Assembly: GCA_048941015.1 (NCBI GenBank)
Contig: JBHLNZ010000003.1
Span: forward strand, 60,797 to 124,796
Origin: Promethearchaeota archaeon
GTDB taxonomy: Archaea > Asgardarchaeota > Lokiarchaeia > Sigyniarchaeales > SOKP01
Length of the DNA: 64,000 bases
Direction: 5' to 3'
Shown here in pieces: positions 26,996 to 37,800 of the stretch (position 1 is the stretch's first letter; each line of letters opens with the position of its first letter). Made by a program: the position numbers and the translations under genes. A model generated the notes under the pieces. That model had not been told where the DNA came from. It saw only the letters and a list, made by a program, of their open reading frames with translations, and searched no databases.

Positions 26996-28279
26996 ATGAT
27001 AAACAAAAAATTTCACCATCCTTCAAAAGATATAATAGAAACTAAAGGGACTATTTTAAGAGGAAAAACTATATGTATGTGCTTAACTGGTTCAGTAGCT
27101 ATAATCACTGCTCCAATTATTGCACGAGAATTAATGCGTTTAGGTGCAGAAGTAATTGCTGTAATGTCAAAGGCTGCTACAGAATTAATGAACCCTTCAT
27201 TGATGCACTGGGCTACAGGTAATCCCGTAATTACTAAATTAACAGGAGCAGTAGAACATGTCTTTTTAGCTGGAGATAGACCTAATGAAGTTGGTAAAGC
27301 AGACCTAATTTTATTATGTCCTGCAACTGCAAACACTATTTCAAAAATTGCAAATGGAATAGATGATACACCAGTAACTACAGTAGTTTCTACAGCGTTT
27401 GGTTCTTCTATTCCTATAGTAATTGTACCGGCAATGCATGAAAGCATGTTCCATCCAATTCTCGAAAAAAATATCCTTTTTTTAAAAAAATATGGTATTG
27501 ATATTTTAGGTCCACGGATCTCAGAGGGGAAGGCAAAAATCGCAAAAGTAGATGATATTATAGATAGGGTTATTGATTTATTAGTTGCAAAGAAAGATCT
27601 CGAAGGCAAAACTATTTTAATTACTACAGGCCCAACTCGAGAATATATTGACGAGATTAGGTTTGTTTCAAATAATTCTTCTGGAAGAATGGGAATTGAA
27701 ATTGCTAAAGAAGCTGCTGCTAGAGGCGCCGATGTGTTATTAATTGCTGGTAAATGTATGGTAAAAATTCCTGAGTATATAAAAACTATTAATGTTATCT
27801 CAACTGATGATTTTATCAAGACGGTGAAAGATGAATTATCATATAAAGACTATGATTTTTTTATCTGTGCTGCTGCAATCAGTGATTATAAACCAGTTGA
27901 ATATATTCAAGGGAAAATTTCTTCTGATAATGTTAAAGAGTTACAAATTAATATGAGATTAACTCCTAAAATCATAAATGAAGCAAGAAAAAAGAACTAT
28001 AAGACATTTATTGTTGGTTTTAAAGCAGAAATAGATGTTTCAAGAAGTGAATTAATTGAACGTGCTTATAGCAGACTAAAAGCATCAGAAATTGATTTGA
28101 TTGTAGCAAACGATGTAGGCAGAGAAGATATTGGATTTGGCAGCAAAGATAATGAAGTTTATATAATAAGTAAAGACAAACACATTACACATGTAGAGAA
28201 ATCTACAAAGAGATATGTAGCTTCAAAAATTTTAGACGCTGCACTGGAAAATTATCGTATAAGAGAGTTTAAATCTTAA
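26996..28279 (+). CDS. coaBC: Phosphopantothenoylcysteine decarboxylase / phosphopantothenate-cysteine ligase
   Basis: TGSVA, PATANTISK.A.GI.D, PAMHESM, GPTREYID.IRF.SN.SSG.MG, VGFKAE, IVANDV. Confidence 0.95.
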   Translation: MINKKFHHPSKDIIETKGTILRGKTICMCLTGSVAIITAPIIARELMRLGAEVIAVMSKAATELMNPSLMHWATGNPVITKLTGAVEHVFLAGDRPNEVGKADLILLCPATANTISKIANGIDDTPVTTVVSTAFGSSIPIVIVPAMHESMFHPILEKNILFLKKYGIDILGPRISEGKAKIAKVDDIIDRVIDLLVAKKDLEGKTILITTGPTREYIDEIRFVSNNSSGRMGIEIAKEAAARGADVLLIAGKCMVKIPEYIKTINVISTDDFIKTVKDELSYKDYDFFICAAAISDYKPVEYIQGKISSDNVKELQINMRLTPKIINEARKKNYKTFIVGFKAEIDVSRSELIERAYSRLKASEIDLIVANDVGREDIGFGSKDNEVYIISKDKHITHVEKSTKRYVASKILDAALENYRIREFKS

Positions 28280-28512
28280 ATTGCAATATTATATTGATTT
28301 TTATTACTTTTAGAAAACATTTAAATAACAAATCAATTTCTTTTCAAAATGAAGGAATATTTACATTTTAAGATGTTGAGATGATTGAATAAATATTGGG
28401 ATATAAATCCTATATCTTTACCATATCTAATAGCTTAACCCATAAATATACATGTATTTATTTATAAATTTGTAATTAAAATATTGAACAAATGTGAAAG
28501 TGAGAAGTAAAA

Positions 28513-31500
28513 ATGACCTCTGAAGATGATGAAGGAAGGATAACCCAAGGTACAATTGCTCAATTCATGCGAAAAAGAACACAGTTAGTTGGATTTGAAT
28601 TTGGGTATTGGAAGCACGTACAATATTGTGCCGAGTTCTTAGATAACGCTTTAGATGCTATAGAGTCTTTTCAATGGAACGAAATAGTAAAGGATGATTC
28701 AAGTATAAAATTTTCTCTAGATCAAGATCTAGCTTTAGAACATTTATCTATTCTTCAAGAAGCAAGAGAAGATGAGGAAATACAACCATTAAATCACGAA
28801 GCGAAATTAACATTAATGAAGGAACTTCATCTAAAATCTGGTGAATCTATAGCTGAAGAAGCAGAAAAATTTGAAGATAAAGAAGAAGAATCGGGAGAAG
28901 TAATAGACAAAAGTGAATTAGAAGTTGAAGAGGAAGTTAGACTAATTATCGAAGATATGAATGAAATTATCAAACCTGTTGAGGTAATTATTGATATTGA
29001 GCCAATTGTAATAATTAGATTAAGAGAATCTGAAGCTTCTTCGTTTTTAACTTCTGATATCTCTCAAAAAAATGTAATGAGTTATACTTTCGAAATATTT
29101 GATAATGGTCTTGGCATGGGAAAAGGAGATTTGCGTAAATTTGGTAAGTACTTAGCATCTTCAAAAAGTGTCGAATTAAAACAAACTCGAGGAAGTCAAG
29201 GATTTGGAGCTCCAAGTGCATTCAGTGATGCTCAAAATACTACAGGAAAACCCATTGTTGCAGTTTCAAAGTCTGCAGAAAGTATTTATGCTACTGTCTC
29301 TGAATTTTTTACCACATCTAAAAATGAAAAAAGATACCTTGTTCACCCCTCTGAGGTTGATTGCCCATTTATACATGGAACATATATCAAATTACACTAT
29401 TTAAATGTAAAATACATTCGAGGATATTTAGAAACCTATATTAAAGAGACCGCTTTAATGAATCCGCATATTACTATTATTTATATTGATCCTTCCGGTG
29501 AGGAATGGATTTATCGAAGATTAGTGTCATCTTTCCCTAAAGAACCGAAATATGCTAAACCTCACCCATCTTCCACAAATATAGGAGATTTACAAGATCT
29601 TTTAACGAAATCAAATAACTTAACAGTTTCAGCTTTTCTGCAAGACAATTTTGTAAGAGTTAGCTCTAAAACAGCAAAAGAAATAATAAATATCGCGGAA
29701 AGAGATTTACAAGATGAATTAAATCTTCTAATTTTAAAAAACGGATATATCACCAAAATTGATAATAAATCAGATTCAATTTATTATTTAAATTATGAAA
29801 AACGGATTTTTGGACGTTCTGAAAAAGAAAGAGATAAATTAGTTATATATGAATTAACATCTGAAGATATAAAACAGAAATATTTAGAGTTGATATCTAA
29901 TTATAAGAATCTTGACAAAGAGCTGGAAAAAATCAATAAGGAAATAAAAAAACAAAATAATTTAATTGAAAAAGCTGACACGAAGAAGGACACACACAAA
30001 ATAGAAAAAAATATTGAAAAGCTATTAAAAGATTTTGAAGTTATTGTAAGAAAAAAAGAAAAAATTAAAGGTGATCTTGATAAAATTATCCAAACTTCTA
30101 AAGCAAGTTTGCAAGAACTTAAAAAGTTTAAAGAAAGGAATGAATTTGAAGATTTAATTAATCAGGTGCAATTATCCAAAGCTAAACCAAAAGAATTATC
30201 AAATTTACAGTTTAATTCGCTTTTTAATGCATTTAAATCAATAAAATATATGGCCCCTCCAACAGATACGGCGATTCCCGTAGGTGATAGTGTATTAGAA
30301 AACACATTAATTAAGGAAATAGGCTTAAAAGTTTCAGAAAATTTGGATGAATTTGATGCTCCAATCGAAAGATTAAAAAATTTATCTAATGAATTGGAAA
30401 AATTAAAGAAAAAAGACCTTATTAAAGAAGACCCTTCTATAAAAGAAATTGATATTAAAAAAGAAGATATTATTGATTATAGTAAAAAGATTTTAGTAGG
30501 CATAAATTTTGAAGAGGAAAATACATCGCCTGATGATTTTAAACAATCTATAAAAGATATTGTCCAAACTTCTAAAGAAATATTAAAAGAAAGTTATCAA
30601 GATGTATTCGATTTTTTTTTAGAAACTTATACTAAAGAGGATGATTTTGTTGCCGCTGAGACAAGACCTCCAACAAGCGGGAAAGGGCTTGCCTATATTG
30701 TTGAAGCGGCTTTAGCTTATTGTAATGATCCTAAAAAACTAGAAACTCCAAAACGCTCAAGAGATGTCTTATCAAGGTTTGTGAACAGAACTCCTAAATT
30801 GAGAGATAGTGCAGATTGCGCTATCACAAAAGCTGCTCAATCAGTAAATTGGAAGAATTATAAACTTGATACCTATGATAATAATCTTCCAAAAGGACCT
30901 ATTAAATTATTAGTAAATGTTTCAGGTCCATATGTCCATTTAATGTTTAAATCGCAATCTAAAAATGCATTAGCAGATGATGAGGAATTAATTAAGGAGA
31001 TTAAATATTGTCTTGAGGCTATAGGAAGAAGATTAAGAGTATATCTTAATAGAAAAGCCACTATTCATAAAAGCCAGAAAAGAGCTAGTTTAATTGAACA
31101 ATATATCCCTATTTTTGTAGAAAGTGTATATAATATTGCTTCAAAAGGAAAAACTAAATACAAAGAAAAAATCTCAAAAGAAGATTTAGAAATTTTAATG
31201 AAAGATGCGATTGGAAAAAAAGCTGTTAAAGTTTCCCCACAAAAAGTTGAAATAACTAAACCAGAAATAAAAAGGAAGGAAATTGAAAAAATAACACCAA
31301 AAAAAGTTGCGATTGAATGGGAAAAAGCGCCTCTTGAACAAACTCCTCTTATTAAATCTACTAAAGTAGAAGAACAAGCATTATCTGTAAAAACGCTTAA
31401 TAATTGGACTATTAAAGAATTAAGAGAGTACTGTGTTGATAACCATATCGATATCCCTTCAAAAATCAAAAAACCTGAAATCATTAAAACCATACAAGAA

Positions 31501-31815
31501 TATTATACTAAGAAAAAGGAAATTAAAATCCCTATTAAACCTATTAAACAAAGAGAAGAACCACCTAAAATTAAACCAGAAATCGCTCCAGTGACCCCCA
31601 CATTAACTCAAACAACCCTTCCAGTTATAACAACAGAAAAAATTCTAGCAGTACTATCTCAAGATTGGCAAAATATAACCCATTTAATTTTTAAATTAAA
31701 AATAAAGGATATGATGGATGCAAGATACCTTCAGAATAAATTAAAAGATCTTGTTAGAAAAGAAAAAATCTTAGTAGAAATAAAAAAAGGTAAAAAACAT
31801 TGGAAATTAAGGTGA
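28513..31815 (+). CDS. top6B: DNA topoisomerase VI subunit B, with large insertions and C-terminal extension
   Basis: E..DNALDA, DNG.GM, SSK....QTRG.QG.G, NPH, KPHP, RFVNR.P, KSQSK. Confidence 0.92.
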   Translation: MTSEDDEGRITQGTIAQFMRKRTQLVGFEFGYWKHVQYCAEFLDNALDAIESFQWNEIVKDDSSIKFSLDQDLALEHLSILQEAREDEEIQPLNHEAKLTLMKELHLKSGESIAEEAEKFEDKEEESGEVIDKSELEVEEEVRLIIEDMNEIIKPVEVIIDIEPIVIIRLRESEASSFLTSDISQKNVMSYTFEIFDNGLGMGKGDLRKFGKYLASSKSVELKQTRGSQGFGAPSAFSDAQNTTGKPIVAVSKSAESIYATVSEFFTTSKNEKRYLVHPSEVDCPFIHGTYIKLHYLNVKYIRGYLETYIKETALMNPHITIIYIDPSGEEWIYRRLVSSFPKEPKYAKPHPSSTNIGDLQDLLTKSNNLTVSAFLQDNFVRVSSKTAKEIINIAERDLQDELNLLILKNGYITKIDNKSDSIYYLNYEKRIFGRSEKERDKLVIYELTSEDIKQKYLELISNYKNLDKELEKINKEIKKQNNLIEKADTKKDTHKIEKNIEKLLKDFEVIVRKKEKIKGDLDKIIQTSKASLQELKKFKERNEFEDLINQVQLSKAKPKELSNLQFNSLFNAFKSIKYMAPPTDTAIPVGDSVLENTLIKEIGLKVSENLDEFDAPIERLKNLSNELEKLKKKDLIKEDPSIKEIDIKKEDIIDYSKKILVGINFEEENTSPDDFKQSIKDIVQTSKEILKESYQDVFDFFLETYTKEDDFVAAETRPPTSGKGLAYIVEAALAYCNDPKKLETPKRSRDVLSRFVNRTPKLRDSADCAITKAAQSVNWKNYKLDTYDNNLPKGPIKLLVNVSGPYVHLMFKSQSKNALADDEELIKEIKYCLEAIGRRLRVYLNRKATIHKSQKRASLIEQYIPIFVESVYNIASKGKTKYKEKISKEDLEILMKDAIGKKAVKVSPQKVEITKPEIKRKEIEKITPKKVAIEWEKAPLEQTPLIKSTKVEEQALSVKTLNNWTIKELREYCVDNHIDIPSKIKKPEIIKTIQEYYTKKKEIKIPIKPIKQREEPPKIKPEIAPVTPTLTQTTLPVITTEKILAVLSQDWQNITHLIFKLKIKDMMDARYLQNKLKDLVRKEKILVEIKKGKKHWKLR

Positions 31816-31820
31816 AAAAT

Positions 31821-33008
31821 ATGCCTAATCAAGGAAATAAAAAATTATATGATTTAAAAGCTGCCCGAAATTTATTTGAAAATTATTTAAATGAAGGTCA
31901 GAAATCTCATAGATTTAAACAAGTTGAAGATACCGTAAAAATAGATGATTTGAATAGAAAACAAGCTTTAAATAGGATTTATACGTTGATAGATAATATT
32001 ATCGAACAAATTTATCAAACGGGAAGACCGTCCATTCAACTGCCCTCAAGAGCTTCTTCGAATATTATATGGGATGAGGAAAATGATCTTTTATTATTAG
32101 GAAAACAAATTATGGAAAAGCAATTTCATACTCTTACTAGTGTCGCAGATATTACAAGATTAATGAGAGTACTTGAAGTAGTATCTGAATTATTATCAGA
32201 AGATTTACATGCTACAAAAAGAGAAATATTTTATACTGACGTTAATTTATTTGGAGAGCAAAAGAATAGTGATAAAAGTATTGAAGATATTGCCACTATG
32301 CTCTATACTTCAAGGAATTCCACCCATATAGTTGCTGCACCAAGAGGTTCTTGTGTTGGAAGACTAAGAATAAGAGATAGAACTGATATTATCGATCTTG
32401 AAGCCCAAGGAAGTGGAGGATGGACAATATCTCCATTTTTAGATCAAATTGAAATACTTGAGTCAGATGCAGAATTTATTTTGGTTATTGAAAAAAATGC
32501 TGCAATGATGAGGCTTGCTGAAGATAGATTTTGGCGTAAGTATCCTTGTATTTTAATAACTGCTCAGGGTGTTGGAAATGTAGCGACTCGGATGTTCTTA
32601 AAACGCTTAAATAAAGAATTGAATCTGCCAACTTTTACTTTAGTAGATAGTGACCCATATGGTCATTATATACATTCTGTCTATTTGAGGGGTTCTAAAA
32701 GATTGAGTTATGAATCTCCTTTTCTTGCCACTCCCAACATAAAACTTCTAGGAGTTTTAACTAGAGACTTAGATAAATATAAGATACCAAAAGTAGCTAG
32801 AATCAGGATGAATAAACAAGATGAAAAACGAACCAAAGATCTACTGAATGAAGATTTTGTCAAAAAAAATAAAGAATGGGAGAAAGACTTAGCATTAGCT
32901 TTGAAATTGAAGGAGAAGGCTGAAATCCAAGCATTTGCTACTCATGGTTTTAAGTTTCTAACTGATGAATATTTACCAGAAAAACTAACTACAGGTGATT
33001 GGATATAA
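31821..33008 (+). CDS. top6A: DNA topoisomerase VI subunit A (Spo11 family)
   Basis: TKREIFY (catalytic Tyr), VIEK.A, D.DPYG, KAEIQA. Start placed at ATG 31821, after GGTG. Confidence 0.95.
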   Translation: MPNQGNKKLYDLKAARNLFENYLNEGQKSHRFKQVEDTVKIDDLNRKQALNRIYTLIDNIIEQIYQTGRPSIQLPSRASSNIIWDEENDLLLLGKQIMEKQFHTLTSVADITRLMRVLEVVSELLSEDLHATKREIFYTDVNLFGEQKNSDKSIEDIATMLYTSRNSTHIVAAPRGSCVGRLRIRDRTDIIDLEAQGSGGWTISPFLDQIEILESDAEFILVIEKNAAMMRLAEDRFWRKYPCILITAQGVGNVATRMFLKRLNKELNLPTFTLVDSDPYGHYIHSVYLRGSKRLSYESPFLATPNIKLLGVLTRDLDKYKIPKVARIRMNKQDEKRTKDLLNEDFVKKNKEWEKDLALALKLKEKAEIQAFATHGFKFLTDEYLPEKLTTGDWI

Positions 33009-33523
33009 AACTATTTTATAAAAAAGATGGTAAAGTAATTCAACTAATTGATAAAGAAAAAATGAATGACTGGCCAGTTGAATTACCATTTTTATTTGTG
33101 GAATATATTAGAGAGAAAAAATTAGATAGTTATGAAGAAGCAACAGTTAAGAGGGAAATAGAAAATTATCTTGATGATATTATGAAAGAAATTGCTATAC
33201 CACGATTAATTAAGCTATTAGAAAGTGAAGATGATGAAGAAATATTATTATCACTAACTAGAATTGAAGAAATTGCTAAGAAAAATATTGATATGGCAAA
33301 ACCCATCCAAAAATATCTAAAGGATCTAGAATCCAAAAAAAATTCTAAAATTGTTGAACTAGCAACCAAAATTTCCAATATTTTTATTAAAGCAGAAAGA
33401 AAAAAAGAGTTAGCAAATAAAAGAAAAATCATGCAGCAAAAAGAAAAAGACTTCTTAGCTGGAAAAATTAATTCTGAAGAGTATGCAAAAATTAGAAAAG
33501 AATATCTTCTCTTAAAGGAATAA
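32999..33523 (+). CDS. Hypothetical helical protein with HEAT/ARM-like motif
   Basis: IPRLIKLLESEDDE...L..I..IA; overlaps the top6A stop codon. Confidence 0.65.
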   Translation: MDIKLFYKKDGKVIQLIDKEKMNDWPVELPFLFVEYIREKKLDSYEEATVKREIENYLDDIMKEIAIPRLIKLLESEDDEEILLSLTRIEEIAKKNIDMAKPIQKYLKDLESKKNSKIVELATKISNIFIKAERKKELANKRKIMQQKEKDFLAGKINSEEYAKIRKEYLLLKE

Positions 33524-33525
33524 AT

Positions 33526-34200
33526 ATGAAATGGAAGACTATTAAGAAATCTTTTAATGATTTCATTATAGAGAATAATATTATTGGAATTTTTGAAGAA
33601 CCTATTATTTTGAAATCAGGTAGGGAATCTTATTGGTATGTTAATTGGAGAAATATCGCCGAAGATGTATATTTAATTGATATCTTGACGGATTATATTA
33701 TCTCATTTGTCAAATATTTAGAATTAAACCCTGATTGTTTTTATGGAGTTCCTGAAGGAGCTACTAAATTAGGAGTCATAACTCAATATAAGTGGGCAAA
33801 ACAACACAAAAATTATGGAAAAGGTATATTTCCTCTACCAATGGGTCGTGCATTACCAAAAAGACATGGAGATCCAAAAGATAAGTTTTTTGTAGGAGCT
33901 CCAAAAGGTAAAGTCATAATTCTCGAAGATACAACAACAACTGGGGGATCATTAATCGAGTGTATAGAGAACCTCCAAATTTTGAATTTAAATATAATAG
34001 CTGCAATAGTTTTAACTGATAGAAATGAAAAAAGAAATGATGGAAAAACCGTAAAGCAAGTAATAAATGAAAGAGGAATAAAATACTTTCCAATGAGTAA
34101 CGCAATCGAAATTTTACCTTATTTGAAACCAAAGAGAATATTAGCTAATCATATTGAAGATTATTTTAAAATGTACGGAAGTTCTAATTTAAGATTTTAA
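33526..34200 (+). CDS. pyrE: Orotate phosphoribosyltransferase-like
   Basis: LKSGRES..Y, K.HG, PRPP-binding VIILEDTTTTGGS. Confidence 0.8.
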   Translation: MKWKTIKKSFNDFIIENNIIGIFEEPIILKSGRESYWYVNWRNIAEDVYLIDILTDYIISFVKYLELNPDCFYGVPEGATKLGVITQYKWAKQHKNYGKGIFPLPMGRALPKRHGDPKDKFFVGAPKGKVIILEDTTTTGGSLIECIENLQILNLNIIAAIVLTDRNEKRNDGKTVKQVINERGIKYFPMSNAIEILPYLKPKRILANHIEDYFKMYGSSNLRF

Positions 34201-34202
34201 AA

Positions 34203-34781
34203 TTATTCATTATCACCAAGAAAGAAATTTCTCCATACCTTTATAATATTAAATAAGCGTGCATAAAGAACTTTTTCAGATTTCGTTAATTTCCGTTCAT
34301 CATCTAAAGTTAAGTCTGATTTTGCTAACTTCAAAACTTTCAACAATCGACTGTCGATAATGTTTGTTGTAAAAGAATTAAATCTATCCAAATCAATTTT
34401 TGGTTTGATTTTACTCTTTACTTCTTTTTGCATCAACATTTTTGATTCTTTTATTTTATTTAAGAAATATCTCTCTTCTCTTAGAATTAGCTTTTGATCA
34501 TCTCTTTCACTAATTGCATACCTCTGAACATCTACATTATCACATTTTTCAGTAGCACTTAATTTTAAAATATCATTTTGAATAAATGGAATGGCTTCAA
34601 AATATTTTAATTTATACTTCTTGCCTTTTTCAAAAGGTCCAAACTTTTCTCCTAAAATTGAAAATCCTGCATAGTTTTTTATGCACTCTGTTATTGTTTC
34701 TTCATTTTTAAAAATAAAATTTTGTCGAATTAAAGAATTTAAAAAAGTTTCTTCAATAGTCATCATGCCTTCTCTTGTCAT
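34203..34781 (-). CDS. GINS subunit (Gins23/Psf2-like)
   Basis: N-terminal B-domain motif K.GPF..G....L...A..., C-terminal R..K.LKLA and LT..E..LY; near mcm. Confidence 0.75.
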   Translation of the reverse strand: MTREGMMTIEETFLNSLIRQNFIFKNEETITECIKNYAGFSILGEKFGPFEKGKKYKLKYFEAIPFIQNDILKLSATEKCDNVDVQRYAISERDDQKLILREERYFLNKIKESKMLMQKEVKSKIKPKIDLDRFNSFTTNIIDSRLLKVLKLAKSDLTLDDERKLTKSEKVLYARLFNIIKVWRNFFLGDNE

Positions 34782-34869
34782 ATTTAATAAATTAATATAC
34801 TTTTATATACTATCTAATGTAAATCAACAGAAATAAACTCATATTAGAATATTAATAATTAATTATATC

Positions 34870-37800
34870 GTGGATTATTTGATAGCAGAACTCATTTTAT
34901 TGATATTTTTCTTTATCTTCTTTCTATTTGGCTTTTGGATAATTTATAGACAAGTAGCTCTTGTCAAGAAGGGGGAATTTAATATCAAGGATCGGCTTCA
35001 ATGTCTTATCTATGGATTCATTTTTAGTTCTGCTGTTATGATTGTTATTGCAATGGGTTTTATCTTTACTGTTAAAACACCGGAGTTTTGGGAAAACAGT
35101 TCTATAATACCTCAAGATATTAATCCTCTTGCGATCCTTCTACCATTTTTTATTTGTATACTGTATATTTCTTTTTATCCGTTAATTGATTTCTTATTTA
35201 TTGCATTTTCTGCAGAACAAAATGAAGGGCTCACACCTTTTCATATCTTTTTGAGTAAAAATCTCATAAATGTCTCACATAATAAATTAATATCAATCCT
35301 AATAGCAATCTGTCTTTATTTACTATTTATTATACCACCTTTTATTTTTTCTATTTTAGGTTTACCCTTTATAATGATATGGATTACTTGGATGCTTTTT
35401 TATCCCTTAATGATCTTAACCTTTTATGGTTCAAAAGGATATATAGCAGGAATTACTAATATATATTATCATATTCCTGATATTACTAGATCTTCGTTTT
35501 TAAACTTCGAAGACAGTAAAAGAGGAATGAAACAATTCTTTTCAAATCCCACTCCTTACATTCTTTTTGGATTAATGTTATTTGTATTTGTCTGGGCTTG
35601 GATCTCCTTGTTTCAAACAATTGGATTTTATTTTACAGGATCATTAGCAATATCAACTATGTCTTCTGTATTTGTATTTGTCACTTTATTTTTTGGAGTA
35701 ATTGGTTATTTCACTCGCTTTTGGGGAAGGAAAATTAAATATCGTGGAATAGATATATATTTTGCCGCATATTTAATGGCAGCAATTGGTATAAATGTTT
35801 TGGTAAATTTCTTAATTGTCAATTCTGATAAATTATTTGATACCTTTGATGCTTGGATAATTACTAAAGATATTGTACCAAATTCTATCCTATATTCTTG
35901 GGCTGCTGTGATTGAAGAAATTGTCATGATTATTTTTACCTCTTACTTTTTTTTATCTAAAAAGAATAATTTCACTCAAAATCTTAAATATTCACTAATT
36001 ACGCAAAGTGGTCAGACTTTTGATCCCGTCCCTTTATTCAACCTAATTAAAAATCGCAATTTTGAATTAAGAAAGCAAGCTGAAGAGTCTTTAAATTTAA
36101 TGTTTGAAAGAATCCCGCTGAAATCAGAACTATCAATTAATGATTGGAGATTTAAAAACCTATTAATTGATGGACTTAGTGATCCTGATCCAAATTCAAG
36201 AAGGATTTGTTTAAAAATATTAAATCGATTAGAAAGTGATAATCAAGAAAAAATTTTGCCTTGGATAAAAGAAACACTAGAATCTCCTAATTATGATAAA
36301 GTAATTCCAGTAGCAACATCCTTATTAACAGCAAAAAAATCTTTTATTGAAAAGATACCAAAAGATTTAATATTTAATCTTTTATATGATTCTGAATGGA
36401 GGTTAAAGTTGATAGGTTTTAAACTATTTTCTTATTTAGTTAAAAACGATAAAAACCTGATTGATAAACTTAAAGTTAATAATTTAATTAATGATCCTAA
36501 TTACAAGATTCAAGTAGGGTTATTAAATCTTTTTTCGGAATGCTCAATTCCAATTCCTATTAACATCTTAATTAATAAATTATATCATTCGAATAAAGAT
36601 GTTAGAGCAGCAGCAATTAAAAACATAAAAAACGTACATTCTCAAGATATTAATGAAGAGTTTATCAAAAAAATTATTTCTTTCATTGAAGATCCAAACA
36701 GTAGTGTTAGAGCTTCAGTTTTTGAAGTATTTGCTAAAATTGGAAATTTTAAAAAATTTTCAATACCCATCTCTCCAATATTAGACGGGTTAATTGATTC
36801 AGATGAAAATGTAAGAAATTCTTCAATTTTAGCATTAGAGAAATTTTATGAGGAAGAGCCAAAAGCTTTAAATATAGATGATATTATTAATAGGGTTGAT
36901 ACAAATAATGCTGATCTTTTAAATAGCATTTTAACTCTTTTGGGTAAAATTTGGAAAAAAAATCCTGAAAAGATCCTTACTGTTTTATTAATTTTCATAA
37001 AATTTGAAAATACAGAATTAAAACAAAAAATTTCGAGCATTTTAATTGAAAAATTTAAAACATATCCAGATTTGATCTTTAAAAATCTCATAAAGGTAAA
37101 GGATGAATCCAGAATTATTTCAAAAGGAGTTATTTCTAATACAATTATTAAAATTGCTGATGAATATCCAGAATTAACTATTCCAAAATTAATGGAAAGC
37201 TTAAACTCCGATAATGAAGAAATAATATTAAATGCTTTAAATTCCTTGGAGAACCTTATTGAAAGAATAGCTGATAAAATTGATATTAAAATACTCCTAT
37301 CACTCCTTTCTAAGGATTTCGATTTAAATATAAAAAAACAAAATTCACAATTAATTTCTAAAATCGCTAAAAATAAGCCTCTAATGCTAGAACCAGTTTT
37401 GGAGGAATTAATAAAATTAATTGATGATCAAGAATTATCTGTTAAGATAATTTTAGTAAAATCCTTACTTGAAATATCAATGCACTATCCTAACCTTCTG
37501 CCAATAAACTATATTATGGAAAAATTATCAGATGAAGATTCCTTTATACGTGAAGCAAGTACAAAAATATTAGGAAATATAGGAGGTAAATCTCCGTCAG
37601 AAATAATTGATGCATTAATAAATAAATCACTAATTGATAAAGAATGGATTGTAAGGGATGCAGCGGTTTCTAGTTTGGGCAAAGTTATTGAAAATGCCGC
37701 TAATAAACAGAATATAATAGAAAAATTAATTTTACTTTTAGATGATCAGAAAAGCTGGGTTCGAAGATCCTCAATGAAACTCCTCTCTTCTATTAAAGGA

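Noticed and set aside
27013-27819. 268-aa antisense ORF, and the other short antisense or nested ORFs in the track
   Set aside because: They are shadows of well-supported genes and carry no motifs of their own
28280-28512. Long AT-rich spacer upstream of top6B with short palindromes
   Set aside because: The palindromes are what one expects at this AT content; no structured RNA or ORF is supportable
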